This document shows positions 14,910-28,270 of a stretch of DNA of 64,000 nt, in pieces (position 1 is the first letter of the stretch; every line of letters begins with the position of its first letter). This DNA comes from Tubiluchus corallicola (lineage: Eukaryota > Animalia > Priapulida). Under the pieces are notes generated by a model. It did not search any database. It was not told the origin of the DNA and saw only the letters and a program-made list of their open reading frames with translations. Position numbers and translations under genes: made by a program. The DNA is taken from assembly GCA_030141605.1 (NCBI GenBank), contig JAQGDQ010002375.1:124001-188000 (forward strand), in the 5' to 3' direction.

Positions 14910-15447
14910 CCGTATTTTCCCATGTATAAGAGACCCCTTCAATTTTTAGGCAAAAATTCTGGAAAAAGTTTTTTGGTAATGAATAACTTTATTCATCATA
15001 GAATTCCTCATCACTCTCATCAAATGCTTGTATTGCTTACAACCGCTTCATAGTCGAACGCGACACGCCTTGCTTAGGCTGACTCATCTCGTTGACCTCT
15101 GCCGACGTATCAATGACGTCGACGGGCATGCAGAGAGCTTATGCAGATGCGTTGATTGGCTGCAGAACAGTCGATTTCTCTCCAATACCAAAGAGACATT
15201 TAAAAAAATAATAACTTACCCGGTACATTAATTTTATCATTAGAATTTAGCCATGGAGAAGATTTATTGAAAGGAAACTATAATTATTCGAAATAAAACA
15301 GTTGTAGAGCACTTATTTCTTTAAAATCATTAGTGTCACAATTTATGCATCTTATTGAAAAGACTTACTCCCATGTATAAGAGACCCCCTATTTTTAAAG
15401 TGAAAATTCTGAGCAAAAAAGGGTCTCTTATACACGGGAAAATACGG
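14910..15447. mobile_element. Tc1/mariner/pogo-type MITE
   Basis: TIRs CCGTATTTTCCCATGTATAAGAGACCC / GGGTCTCTTATACACGGGAAAATACGG, TA on both flanks (14908-9, 15448-9), and an internal subterminal copy at ~15371. Confidence 0.88.
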
Positions 15448-15449
15448 TA

Positions 15450-15618
15450 AGTAGCATTTACCTGGCATCCAGAATGCGTGTGCATTGGGCGGATGCGGAA
15501 TAGATAAAATCGGTTTATATCGTTTTCAATGCACTCGTCTATCAGACCTGATTTTTTATTCTGCAGGTAGATAATGCATAAAGCATAGGCATTCCGGATG
15601 CTAGGTAAGCACCACTTT
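15450..15618. mobile_element. Small foldback element/MITE
   Basis: TTACCTGGCATCCAGAATGC is inverted to GCATTCCGGATGCTAGGTAA; the interior is also imperfectly palindromic. Confidence 0.6.
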
Positions 15619-17198
15619 AAGCTACTAAACGATTAATTTAGCATTAAGTCAGACTTTAAAAGCCTGCCAAACCTTCCTACTTTCATACTAGACATCAGTA
15701 TAATTAGAATTACATAAAAATTTATTTGTGTGACTATTTTGTATATTAGAGAATTGTCAACTTAGGTACAAAACATAAGTTTGTATCTAAATTGCACAAA
15801 CAAAACAGATTTCCTAAATTACAATGATAGAGACATAGAGAAATATATGCTATGTACTTACATTAATACTAGTTTGTGAAAATTTTGCCGAATCAGGATC
15901 TCTTGAAAAAAAGCTGTTCTCTCACACATTTTACAATATAAAAATTTCAATGTTTTACTTCTTAAAATTAGAAGCTAAGAAACATATCATAACATCTTAC
16001 TTAAAATGGTTTATTTTAACTGATCTACAATCATCTACACATCTGTACATTTTATATTTACAAAATAAAATTTACAGAATACCTTGGAATTTAATTAAAT
16101 ATTGTCTATTGTTATCAATATATACATGATAATGAGTAGCACTCAGTGCACAATTGTAGAAAAGCACGATTCACGACTATATATGCAACCCGTTTTGTAA
16201 TGAAACTGGGTGAACGAAATACTGTTAAAATTTTATCAGCACCAAGAAATTTTGATGTAAACTCATAAATTTACATCTAACTTTTTACATTTGTCGTCAG
16301 TGGGACTCTGAGTTTCTCCTACATTGGTTTTGCCATTCGCCATATTGGAAAATTTTACAAAGCGCTAGCGAATTGCAGAATGCAAGACGCTTGCATAGCT
16401 TCATTATTAGACCTTCCACGTACTATCTCTTCGACTGAATGAACAAAAAACTGAACTTGGACTGACCAGGTTTCTTCCAATATAGGCAACAAGCTGTTTC
16501 CAGACGTCATTCTCATTAAGCGACACTTGCCAATATACACTTTGATATTAACATTCTGAATACAAATCAGCACAGTATCGTTAGAGAACTACTTTGTTAA
16601 ATGTTGTTCCACAGAGATTCTCAGGTAAATTGATCTCCCTATGAGTCACATGAGTGAAACTGGAATAACATTCATTTAGGTGTCTCAATGTTTGTGCCCG
16701 GTCATTCAGATCAGCTAAATTCTACGCTCAAGAGATATTCAACCTGTAAATGTGATCAAATATAAAAAGTGCATCTCACATATAAGAACAACTTTATTCA
16801 GTTTTAATAAATAGTGATAAAACATACTTTATAAGTGCACTTTCAAGCAAAGTGTTTTCAAAGGCGCTGTACAGTGAAATGTCATAGTTACAGATTCACA
16901 ATTAGAAAAATATAACACTAATAAAATTTTGAAAAAATCCAGTGATACATCCAAACTAACTAATGCACAAATGCTGTAGTTGTGCAGTTTTCCAGCTTCC
17001 ATAGCTAATCTGTTCTCAACACAAAAACACTAGAACTACTTAATACTCTCGACATTTTAATTTTTTTTCATTTTGATAAGACATGAGATTTATCACTGTG
17101 AAACGTAAACAGCAGTAATTAATAAGCTACTACTAACATTTAAACCAGACTAGTAAATAACCTGATCATATTCTGGCAAATTTTACCCGTTATCACTG

Positions 17199-17286
17199 CT
17201 ACCGCTTCTTTAGTTCCTCATCCAGCCATTCCATGTTTTGCTCACCTAGACGTGACAGCAACTTTGAAAGTGCTATGTTGTACGGC
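17199..17286 (-). CDS. NDST: NDST last coding exon ([28 protein letters not shown])
   Basis: TTTCAG acceptor, phase 2; resembles the NDST C-terminal N..LSKLL..LG...P.WL..L pattern; TAG at 17201-17199. Confidence 0.9.
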
Positions 17287-20200
17287 CTGAAATAAATGCA
17301 GCAACAATCAACTTCTGAGAAACACTAACTCAACTTACACAAACAACTAAATCATCATCCAAGTGCTCATTTGTCTGTTTGTTACACTTATGCTTGTCAA
17401 TTCGTAACTTCATTACCATAGATAATAGTTTTTGGATATTGGTAAAAAAAAATGTGTTAAAAGCACAGTCAAGGCTCTTGGAAAGTTAAGCTTATTTTAA
17501 TATTTAAGAAAAATGCTAGAAAATTGCATCAGCAAAATTTTGATGACAGCCTCGTGTAATTAGTAAAATCAATTTAAAATCGTGATCACTTCACACTTAT
17601 GTGGGCTCACTTAGGACCAAAAGTGATGTAATTCGGTTACCAGGCAATATAAACGCCTATCCCCAGATGTTTGAACAAACATCTTGCAGCTGCGGTTACT
17701 ATTATCAACTATAAACAATCCAAAACGTTAAATGAGAGATTATTAATATCATTTTTTTGCTGTTAATAAATCCCATTGCCTCTTATTCAAAGAAAACCAA
17801 TTACTGATAATAATACAATAATCTTCAACTCAGCTAGTTAATGCCGACAATGTAAAAGAAGGATTATTCTAACAACCTAAAACTGAGCTCTACAAGCTAG
17901 GTAACACACCCGGCACCTACTATATGATCGCAGGCTCGCAGAATTTCATGCTTATCTGCAATTAGAATATACATAGTACTTATGCATTTTAAGATATATA
18001 TCTACGGATTAAAACTATGTAAGAACTCAGAAGTTGTTGCTACGTAATCCGATGACTAATTTTCACATAAACACAATTAAACAGAAAAATTTAATCAACT
18101 AGAATAGTGGAACTTCTGAGTGAACTGCAGAAGTTTTGTTATGCCTTTTGCACTGTCCACCTGCTTATATTATTTTTTTCAAATATGCCCACAACAAGGA
18201 TAAGAATGATTTAAATTTCTTTCGGACTTCTGAGCAAGGCATTTTATATGTGTATATTATGAGGTAATTTCAATATTTTTAATTGTATATATAATAATAA
18301 TCTTTATTTAAAGATGGCTATTGGGTGACCAATTAACATTAGCTCGAAGAATTATTATCACCGGTTGTAAATAGCACCTACAACTACATAACAGAGACTA
18401 TTATTACCCCACTTTTACCCTAAATACCATGCACCAGGCAGAGCAACAGCAGGTACCACTTTTAAAGATTTAGGTATGGCCCGGCCGCTGTATCAAACTC
18501 ACGACCTCCCAGACAGAAAATGGACACGTTACCACTAGCTAAACTGTCTGGTCAAAACTCCTTTGATGCCCACTCATTCAAAACACTTTATACCACTAAA
18601 CAATGACATTTGATTCATCCAGTAAGCAGTACAATACAATCAGACAACCAGCGCATGCAATTCACAGCAGATCTATGACCAGTTACGCAAAAAAATCAGT
18701 TAAAGACAGTTTGCCATATCTTCTGAGAACTGAGAATTACAAATAACTATACTAACAAAAGTTCAACCATCGAATTACCAGTTATTTTAAGCTTTGCATT
18801 CAAATACATTCATGTCTTTGGTATAGGGTGGCACAGCTCGGTGGTAGCGTGCTCGTTTCGCACCAGGGAGGTCGCAGGTTCAACTCCCAACCGAGTCATA
18901 CCAAGGACTTAAAAAATGGTACCACTGGTTCTTCGACCAAGCACACGGAATTATCGAAGTAACATGGGGTACTAATAATCAGGACCACCTTAGAAATAAG
19001 TATTGAGTTACTTAAGGTGTTATACCTGGAATAAGTCCTGAACGAAATTATTATTGTCATTATTATAAATACAGGCCCTACAAATTTCTAGGAAGCTAGC
19101 ATATAGTTCAGAATATATCACAGAACATATTGTAATTTACGTTTCAGTATACTTCAATATATCGTATCATTACCTATAATAATTAGACAAGAATTTTTCT
19201 GCACGTTGTTCCATGGGCGGATACATGCGACCCTTGCTCCGCCCAAGACATTTTGTATGGTCATCATGTACCACCTGACAGTAAAACCCCTTCTTTGGAT
19301 CATACCTATAATTAACAACAAAACACACACACCTGTAATTAACAATAAAACACACACACCTATTAATTAACAACAAACACACACATTGATTGAATAGGTA
19401 TAATCTGTTCCTAAACATCTGCTAAATTGGTGCTTTAGCTACTGAATGTTAGTTTTTGGAAAAAATGGTTTGTCGGCGGAAAAGCTAGTATTACTTACTA
19501 CTCATATACTAATATACATACTTGAGGTATTTCTCATAAGAAAAATATGGCTTGGTTTTCAAGAAGCGCTGCACTCGCTCCATGCTTCGAACTGGGTTAA
19601 CTTTTAACTGCTCCCCGTCCAAAATCAGCAACTACAAAAACAAAAATACGTCACTAAAATAGGCAATATACAATTCTCTTTGGTAAAAAAGCACAGAAAT
19701 TATCTATAGAATATCACAAATACTTAAAATGAATGTTGCAAAACTATAGGCTTTCAATCATAACGTTTATTTTATGCCTTTTACAGTACAGTATGGTGAC
19801 AGATGCCTTTTTTAGCTTTGCCGACATTATTTCTTTGACTGCGAAAAGCTTCAGTGAAAATATTTAATTTATAATAATTATTTTGAATAATATTAATGAT
19901 TTTACTTTCAGTGTACATTTTCAACAGGTGCCAAAAACCTAGAGCAGAAAATTATGTATGTGCGTGCCTATCAAATAGAAATTGTTGTTATCCAATTATT
20001 TTTGAGATAATTCCACATCCAAAGCAAAATAGCGTAAATATTAAATCATCAAAGAAGCAAACGACCAGACAAAAAAGAATTTAAAAATTATTCATCAATT
20101 ACCAGGTAGTAGGCATACTATTAAAATTGAGGCAATGGTCACACACTACCCTTTAATAGGCACAGTTTAAACAAAATTATTAATTCTTTTACCATGTAAC

Positions 20201-23200
20201 TCAACCTAAAGCCAGAAAAACACTAAACAGAAAACAAGAAATTTGGCATCCATGTGCGCTAGAAAAAAATAAAAAACAGAAACGGACAACAAAAATATTG
20301 TTTTGTGGAACCTTTTCTACAACAAGCACTGCTTGATTAGCGAAACAGAAAGAAGTGTTTGCCTAACATGAAAACTGTTGTTCAATAAAACACTAAGCAA
20401 CTGCAATGCGACAGCCAACCAATGACGAGTTACGCGTGATTGAAAAAAAATAGCAGCTTGTATTGTGGCTACTATAAAATTCAATTTTATGTATGTTTTT
20501 CTCTCTCGTGTACGAGGAGATGAATATCTGCACACGTGTGCAGCACAGAAAACACAAAAGAACCGCAAAACAAGTTGAAATAAATTTGACTGGCATTCTA
20601 TGGCTGGTACAGAAACAAAGCTACACTCAGACTACACTAAGCTTAAGCTAAATTCTCAACTGACAGAAGCAGCTATGAGGTTACTTACCTGATGAGGTGG
20701 ATAATAAGCCAGCCAACGTTCTAGATGTTGTGCGTACATTCCCGGACCTAGACAACGATTGCGAAGATCGCGTACAACTCTGGATGCTGTTTCATCAGCT
20801 GACACAATGGTGTAGAAAGAGTTGTTTAATGCAACGGGATCGCTGTGAGCTCTTTGGTGCTGTAGAAAGAAAGTATCGTACTTGATGTAATGTTGCATTA
20901 ACTCTTTCCTAACATACAAATTGTTTTGGCAGTGGTGTATAAAACAATCGATAATCTTCATTTTGTGCCACAAGAGATAAAAGTAATTTTTTGAAAGAGA
21001 ATTTGATTTCTAGTGCTGCACATGTTTATAAAAAATCCGAAGGAAATTTTTCTGATAATCCAAATCCCTCACCAAATCCAGTTAGTGTCCGTTTCTGCTA
21101 AAAGTTATACAGCGCTCTTTTCTGGGCAAATAGTTAAAAAACTCACTTAAATCAGATAAGCAATGCAGCTTTACAGCTGTTCAATACATCTGTACAGCTG
21201 CAGATATTAACTTACTATGAAATTCACAATGCAAGTGAACAGAACGACGACGAATTAGCAGTTATTGTGCAGTAAGTGAAAAACACATTTTCTGCCAGCC
21301 TGCTACTACAAATACTGTGCAATAAGTTAAATAAATCATTGCTATTCCAAGCAGAAAACTCAAAATAAGAAAATACTGCATGAAAAAAGTTGTTTTTACA
21401 TTGAATACTTATACGTTGGCAACACATTGCCCAAGTTTTCTAGCAGTAGGAAGCTGCAGTATAATGTTTTCACTTTCACCATCACTAGTAAAACACAGGT
21501 ATAACAGGTAAATGGCTATACTGGTCAGAAAATAGACAAATTAGTACTGCTTGTTCTGCTTGTAACCCTAATCCTAGACCTAACTCTAACCCTAACGAAA
21601 TTTTTTTATGTAATACCTACAATTATTAAAGAAATTTAATACATGCCTGGCATGTCTAGTCAGTGATTTAATAAAAAACTGAATACGAATTAGCATACAA
21701 CTATATTTAATAAACGATATAAATTGATACTAGAAATATTTCAGATACATTAATCAGCACTAAGCAAAAAAACTACAAACTTTTCAAATCAATAGACACC
21801 ATTTACACCACATCTGGAAACCTGAGTGCACTTCGGCTTTCAGGTGTTTTTCCTCTACCATTTAACTCAGTCTGGGATGGCCAGATGTACAGCACCACAT
21901 GAATAACAATAAGCAATGAATGACAATAAAATGAAAACAATGCACGTTACCTGCAGTCACTTGAATGTACATACCTGGTACCAAGAGTAAGCTCTTCTAG
22001 CTGGATTGATGAGTATTGTGATTATCTTAGCATGAGGTAACAATGCGTAAGCCCGACTAGGCACGATGTCTTTATCGAAATATGTAGCGCTTTTCTCAAA
22101 CAAATAAATGTGTGGTGTTGAGTTGATCTGCGGAGAAGGAAAGTTGTCCATGTACCTGTTAAAAGTAAAAAACAGGAGAAAATGAAAAAAAGAGAAACAA
22201 ATAAAAATGCACTGTTACCTGAGTACAAAGTAATCAGCACGTGTAGCACCAACAACTTTGGAGATAAGGCTTTTGAAAATAAAACTAAAACACTCAATGA
22301 ATATACAGCAATAAGAAACGTGAGGCTTTTATGAAGCTTAACAACCCATGAACTATTATTCAAATTTACCAATTATTACAAATTCCAAAAGAATGAATTT
22401 CTTTTCACTGGAGAAGCCATATGTCTTGGTAAAGAACTTTAAATATTTAAAGTTGGATTAAATCAGTATAGCACTAGCAAGGATTTTAAGATGTTAAAGA
22501 AGCATTCCATTTTAAAATGAAATATTCCCATTAATCCATTAATTCTATAAATGTTTGAGGTACAATTTTTGCAGATGTATTAGCTTAAAAACCATTGCTA
22601 CTATACCAAAGAATAAGCAAAAGCAAACAGTTTGCTTCACATGTACTGAAAAGGTTTTTTATTGCACAAGGTGACATAACACTATCATGACCCGAGTTTC
22701 TATAATTGGGCATAAACGGCAAATATCTATAACAAGTAAATGTCTAGTTCAGGTGGTTAATAATAATTAGTGTGTGGCACATCACATCACATGACAACAT
22801 TAAATTCTATTGCAACAAAGATTACAGAAATGTTTATTTTAGGGGGCATAATCTTTGACTTTAAAAATTCCCAAAATGCACTGGTTTTTGAAGTTTGCAC
22901 AACTAAATGTTTAATCATTTCAGTAAAACGCAAAACAAATTATAATTTTGTTGGTGTCAAATAGTGCTGGGTCTGATTAATCAATTAAATCAATTATAAA
23001 TCGATTTGGGCTTTGTTTCTGATCCTCAATGATTTTTCCAGTAGTAGATGCCTATCGATTATATTATCAATTGATCATGTTCAACTTATTTTTTTGGAAA
23101 ATTTACAAAAATCGTACGATAAATACAATCATCATTGCAGTATAATCAAGTAATATGGTACTTGAAAAGTGATTATAATCGGTTATCAAATCGGTATTTG

Positions 23201-26200
23201 TATCTCATTATGAGAATGAACCACTTTTCCACCACTAGTGTGAACACTAATACTTTAATTAATAACAGAATTATTGCAAAATGTGCCTATTATGAAGTAT
23301 CTATTATGCAAAAGTGTGCCTTTAAGCAGTATCAGAAAAGGGGAGGAAGGGGAGGGAACCTACCAGTCTATGCCTTTATAGTAATTATTGCCATTGAAGA
23401 ACTGCACTTCCTCAAATGATGGAGTTATGAAATTGCTAAAGATCAAAGGATGCATGGAGAGGAATGTATAGAGTGCTGTGGTCCCTGTCTTCTGTGGCCC
23501 AATCACAAGAAACCTGGGTAACCTGGTACACGTCTTGTTTTTCGCCCAAATGGCTAGGTGTCGCTTGTCATCACAGGGATTCTATAAGATAAATTACAGA
23601 TGTCACAGCTACAATACTGACAGCAAAGATCATGTAAGGGTATCATTATAAATGGCTTTGATTTATTGGCTGTATTTAAAGAAAATTGAAACAATACATA
23701 CGTGAACAGCTGAAATCTTATAACGTTACTAAGTGATTGACTAACTGGTCTATAATAAAAAGCCTATATGAAAGCCTCTCACGTGAAGGCAGTCACGGTA
23801 TTAAAAATCAATAAGAAATGTAACATAACTTCATATATTGGTGGTAAAACAGGAAGTAAAACGTGCAAGGAAAAAGATGGCAAAAATTAGTTGGGGGCGG
23901 ATAATATAAGGATATGATAGATGAGATACTGAAGTGGATGATTAATGATACTCAGATATCGGCATACAAGATAAGGGTCTACGGATTTAGTAAGGCTGAA
24001 TAGTGTTTTATGGTGCACTAAAAGCTCTTGTGCTTAAAAATGGCTTTAGAACTACAAAGACTGACATAAACATTGCAAATAAAATATCGGTTAGTGACAC
24101 CTATAAAACATTTAGAGAAAAAAATGTTTCAAAAACTAGAAAGATTCGATAACATAAAAAATTGGGGACTGCGGTAAATTGCAAAAATGTTTACAGTAGT
24201 GCAAAGAAATTGATGTGAGTTGCAAAAACATAAGATATCAAACATAAACATAAACAAACACTATTAAAAAGTATCAGCTACATCAGGGTCATTACATTCT
24301 ATTGAATTTCTGGATATAGTTCAGGCCTCCATGAACAAAAATAACCTGCATTAGTTACAACGTCAATAACAAAGGTTGTTTCTTTATGCAAGGGAATATA
24401 AAATAAGTATTAATAAATTACGATATCCATTTTAGTTCAACTGCAGGAGCGAATACTAAATCAGAAATAAGATGTTGCCCCACTAAAAAATCAACCCCCA
24501 CATGTCCATACCCCACCTACGGTCTGCTCTTGAACGCACCTGCCATACAGGATCCTCCTCATCTGGAAACATTCTGAAGTATCTATCAGCTAGCTTAACA
24601 GGAGATTCAGACAACAGCTGCAGATTCGTCCAGCATTGAGTAAACTTGATGACGTTCTCAAACGTGTAAAGAGCGAGTCGATCATTGCCGTAGTTGGACA
24701 AGTGTGTCATGAAGATGTTAATCTGTATGTGAAAAAAATCAGCTTACATGTTTACCACTACATAAAACATCTACACGACATCAGTTACAACCAGTGTTAT
24801 GTAGTAATGAGTAACTTTGCTTTTTTAAAAATCAGTATTTTTACAGTAACACAGATGTCACTTCAGTCCTCAATGCACATTTTGCTCAAAGAACTGGCTA
24901 ACGCTATTTTCTATGTTCACTTGGTTAGTGAGGTCATTTTTGTGGCTATGCAAGAAAAAAGAATGCCTGCAATTTCTTTAAATATGCAGTTTAAAATGGA
25001 ACTTTCAAATTAAACCAGTTAAAATGCATTCAGAATTAGAAACTTGGTATTTTTTTAGCTCTATGAAGGTTAGTGGTTTGAAGAAATAGGAAAAACATAA
25101 AATAATGTTAAGAAAGCAGTAGTGACTAATAGAAAAAGCAATATGTAAAGAGCGACTTGTTGTATTTTTTCGATCAAAAAACACATTAACATTTGCATTG
25201 CACTAACATGTTAACTAACAATTTACTTAACAAATAACAAAGGTACTAGTAACAAACCCAAAATCGAGTAAATAACAATGATAAATGACGTAAACTGAAG
25301 GTGGCATTCAGAGTACAAAGATAATATACACACTCAATGTATCTGATTCATTTTTATATAAAAGAAAGGGGCTGTTTCACCAGTTTACATCAATGTTAGT
25401 CACTATGTTCAAGACAGCACTAACTTTTCGTCCATCACATTATTTTCAGGTGAAATTTATGCAACAAAAAAATCCACCGATTTAGGTTTCAATTTGCCAC
25501 AATGTATTGATGATTTAAACATGACCTGGCAAATGAGTCTAGAAAACATTACACAGTTGAAAGACAGTTATAAATTCACAATATAAAACTACTTCTCAAC
25601 TCTCAATATTGCTTCCAGAGCATGCAGCACAACTGAAGGATAACTATGCAACTGTAAAAACGATTTGCAGGTTTGTCCACACAGAAACATTGCCCCAACA
25701 CCCAACAAACTTGTAAACCTTTATCCTGGGTAGAGGCATTTGTAAAGGTCCACGTTATCATTTAACATCGTTTCCCTCTTTCCAACGAGCTATAAATTTC
25801 CCTCCAAAACTCCGAACAAGTAACGATAAAGCATTTTTCTACACAGCATTCCTCTAGGAATGGCAGGTAAAAAATCTCCAAAACTGGCCATTTTATGCTT
25901 TTATTCACTACTGCAATGCTGCATAAAAAAATGCTCTAGCGGCACCTGGCGAGGGTCTTGGAGGGAAATTTATAGCTCTTAGGAAGGAGGAAAAATGCAG
26001 CTACACTGCGATGTGGCTCTCTATTACAAATGCCTCTAATAGGATGAAGGATCACCAGTTAATATGGGGGAACATTTTTTCTAGATGGCCCTGTATGACA
26101 ATGACAACTTGTTTCCTTCGTTCTTGAAAGGTCATCGTTTTCAAGCGGAAAAACAATATTTCAGTTGACAAATTTTCATTGTAAGCGGATTTGTCGCAAC

Positions 26201-28229
26201 AGCTCCCAGTGACAGAATTTATTCCCAGAGTTCGAAAATGAAAACATTTCACAGCTCTTTGCAATCAATAATACATACAGGATTATTGAGTATTGTCTGG
26301 AAGAGTTCACCACCGTGAATACTGGCTTGTAGTTTGTGCTTTCCTCCAGGATACCGATCCAGGAAAACCGTGTGTGTAAACAATCCACATAGTTGCCGGG
26401 GTAACACCTGTAAGTAAGTAATTAACTAACTAATGTAGACAAATTAGCTCTGCTGTAAGCAATAACATCAGTTGGGAAGATAAGTCTGAATGCTAAAGAA
26501 GCTCGTCACACTAAAGCAGAGACTTTTCACTTTTCTGGAGTAAAGAACTCAATAATATTACTGTAAGGAAAGAATTAAATAGTGTAAGAATTTTGAATCT
26601 GCAAGGGAGATGTGATGAGAATTTTTTATTTTTACACAGCTATAATATTTTACATAAAACACATTATAAATAATGTAAATTGCAGTAAACTCGAGAAAGG
26701 GCATGCTAAATCGTTGTACAAAAGCAAAATGCTAAAAACAAAAAACAGCGGTATTTACCACTAAACTTCAATATCCATTTTCTACATTTGGCTGTAGATT
26801 AAACTACACCTATAACTGCGAGTGAGTGTGAACATCATACAAAGTGATTAATCTACGTTACTAATGTCGTAGATGTTCTTAAGCAGGGTTAACATTACAT
26901 TGATGAATGTACAAGAATAATGAAACTGAAACTCAGCCACTACATCCTTGAAGCCTCGCTAAAATTCTTACAGACTTATGAAGCTAAGAGGCTCTTACTC
27001 GTTTGTACAGAAAAACTTTGTTTAACTTTTCATTACTAAATTTAGTTCATATCACTCACAAATGCATAAAGCTATTATGCAGAATGCCAAGAGTACATGC
27101 ATAAGGCTTTCAAAAAAAGCAAAAATCACCCCACCTTAATGCCTCTATGTATGAAGCCTCTACGAGCCCTCGCAGGGTGAAGATGAGGATATTCTTCCGT
27201 GCTTGTCACTTGCACACCCCAAATCTGCAAGCGAAAGAAACGAATCTTTATATTTATATCCATTCATCAGCTTGTAAACTTGATCATTAAAGGAAACTGA
27301 GTTGATTTTCCATAGCCTACCCCAATTTGAAGTATTGTAAAAATGTACATTTTAACACCAATAATACTACAAAAGCACATCACAAACAAACACATCTGAA
27401 TCTGAATTGAGATGTACTGCACGTTTTTTGTGCAATGCATTTCCAAAATGCAGGCGCTACTGCCCATCTAACTAATGAATGGTGCAATGCATGCAACAGC
27501 GAAAAACTAGAAGTGCGAATGCGAACTTACGTTTGTGTGGTAATAATTTCTTCATGTAAATCATTCTTGAAAAAATAGCAAGTTCCTTTCAATATTTTAA
27601 AGACTAGATTGTTTTGACCTACAGTTTAAGATATGTCCACTTTTCCCTTAAGTTTATACGCCTAATATGCACTGTAATGTAGTACATACACATGAGACAC
27701 TATTACAGCCATTCAAAAAATGTGGCAGTTCAAAAAATCCTTGTTTGGCTTTTTAGATAGTACGTAAGTAAACAGACTGAAAAAATGAAACGAAAGTAAT
27801 AACAAAACAATAGGAATAAACTGCAAGTCTGGCTCATGATCCAGGCTTAGTTACTTGCATTGTTTTTCACATGTCACTAATTTCACTCCATTAATTACCT
27901 TCTTCCATGCATCGTACAACGGTTCATGCACGGGGTACACGCCAGAATGATGTGGTGCTACTGAATATCCTGTCTGTGCACTTATGTTATGTTTCTAAAT
28001 TAAAAATAACATAAATTATAACCAGTAGATCAATGCATTATTTAAAAATACATGTAGTAATGTAATGCTATTTTTAAAGTAAAAATGAAACAATCAGTTA
28101 CTGGAAAGCCATTACAATCCAAATATTCTGGAAAAATATAATAAATGGTAGAATAATGTAGCATATTTATTATATTTACTTTTTCTATGTTATACTTCAA
28201 AATGAGTAAGAGGTATCACACATAACTAA

Positions 28230-28270
<41 letters not shown>

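Noticed and set aside
26052-26264. Possible duplicate of exon 7 (LLRQIRLQ resembles VLPRQLCG)
   Set aside because: Similarity ends at a stop after a few codons; no acceptor and no further homology.
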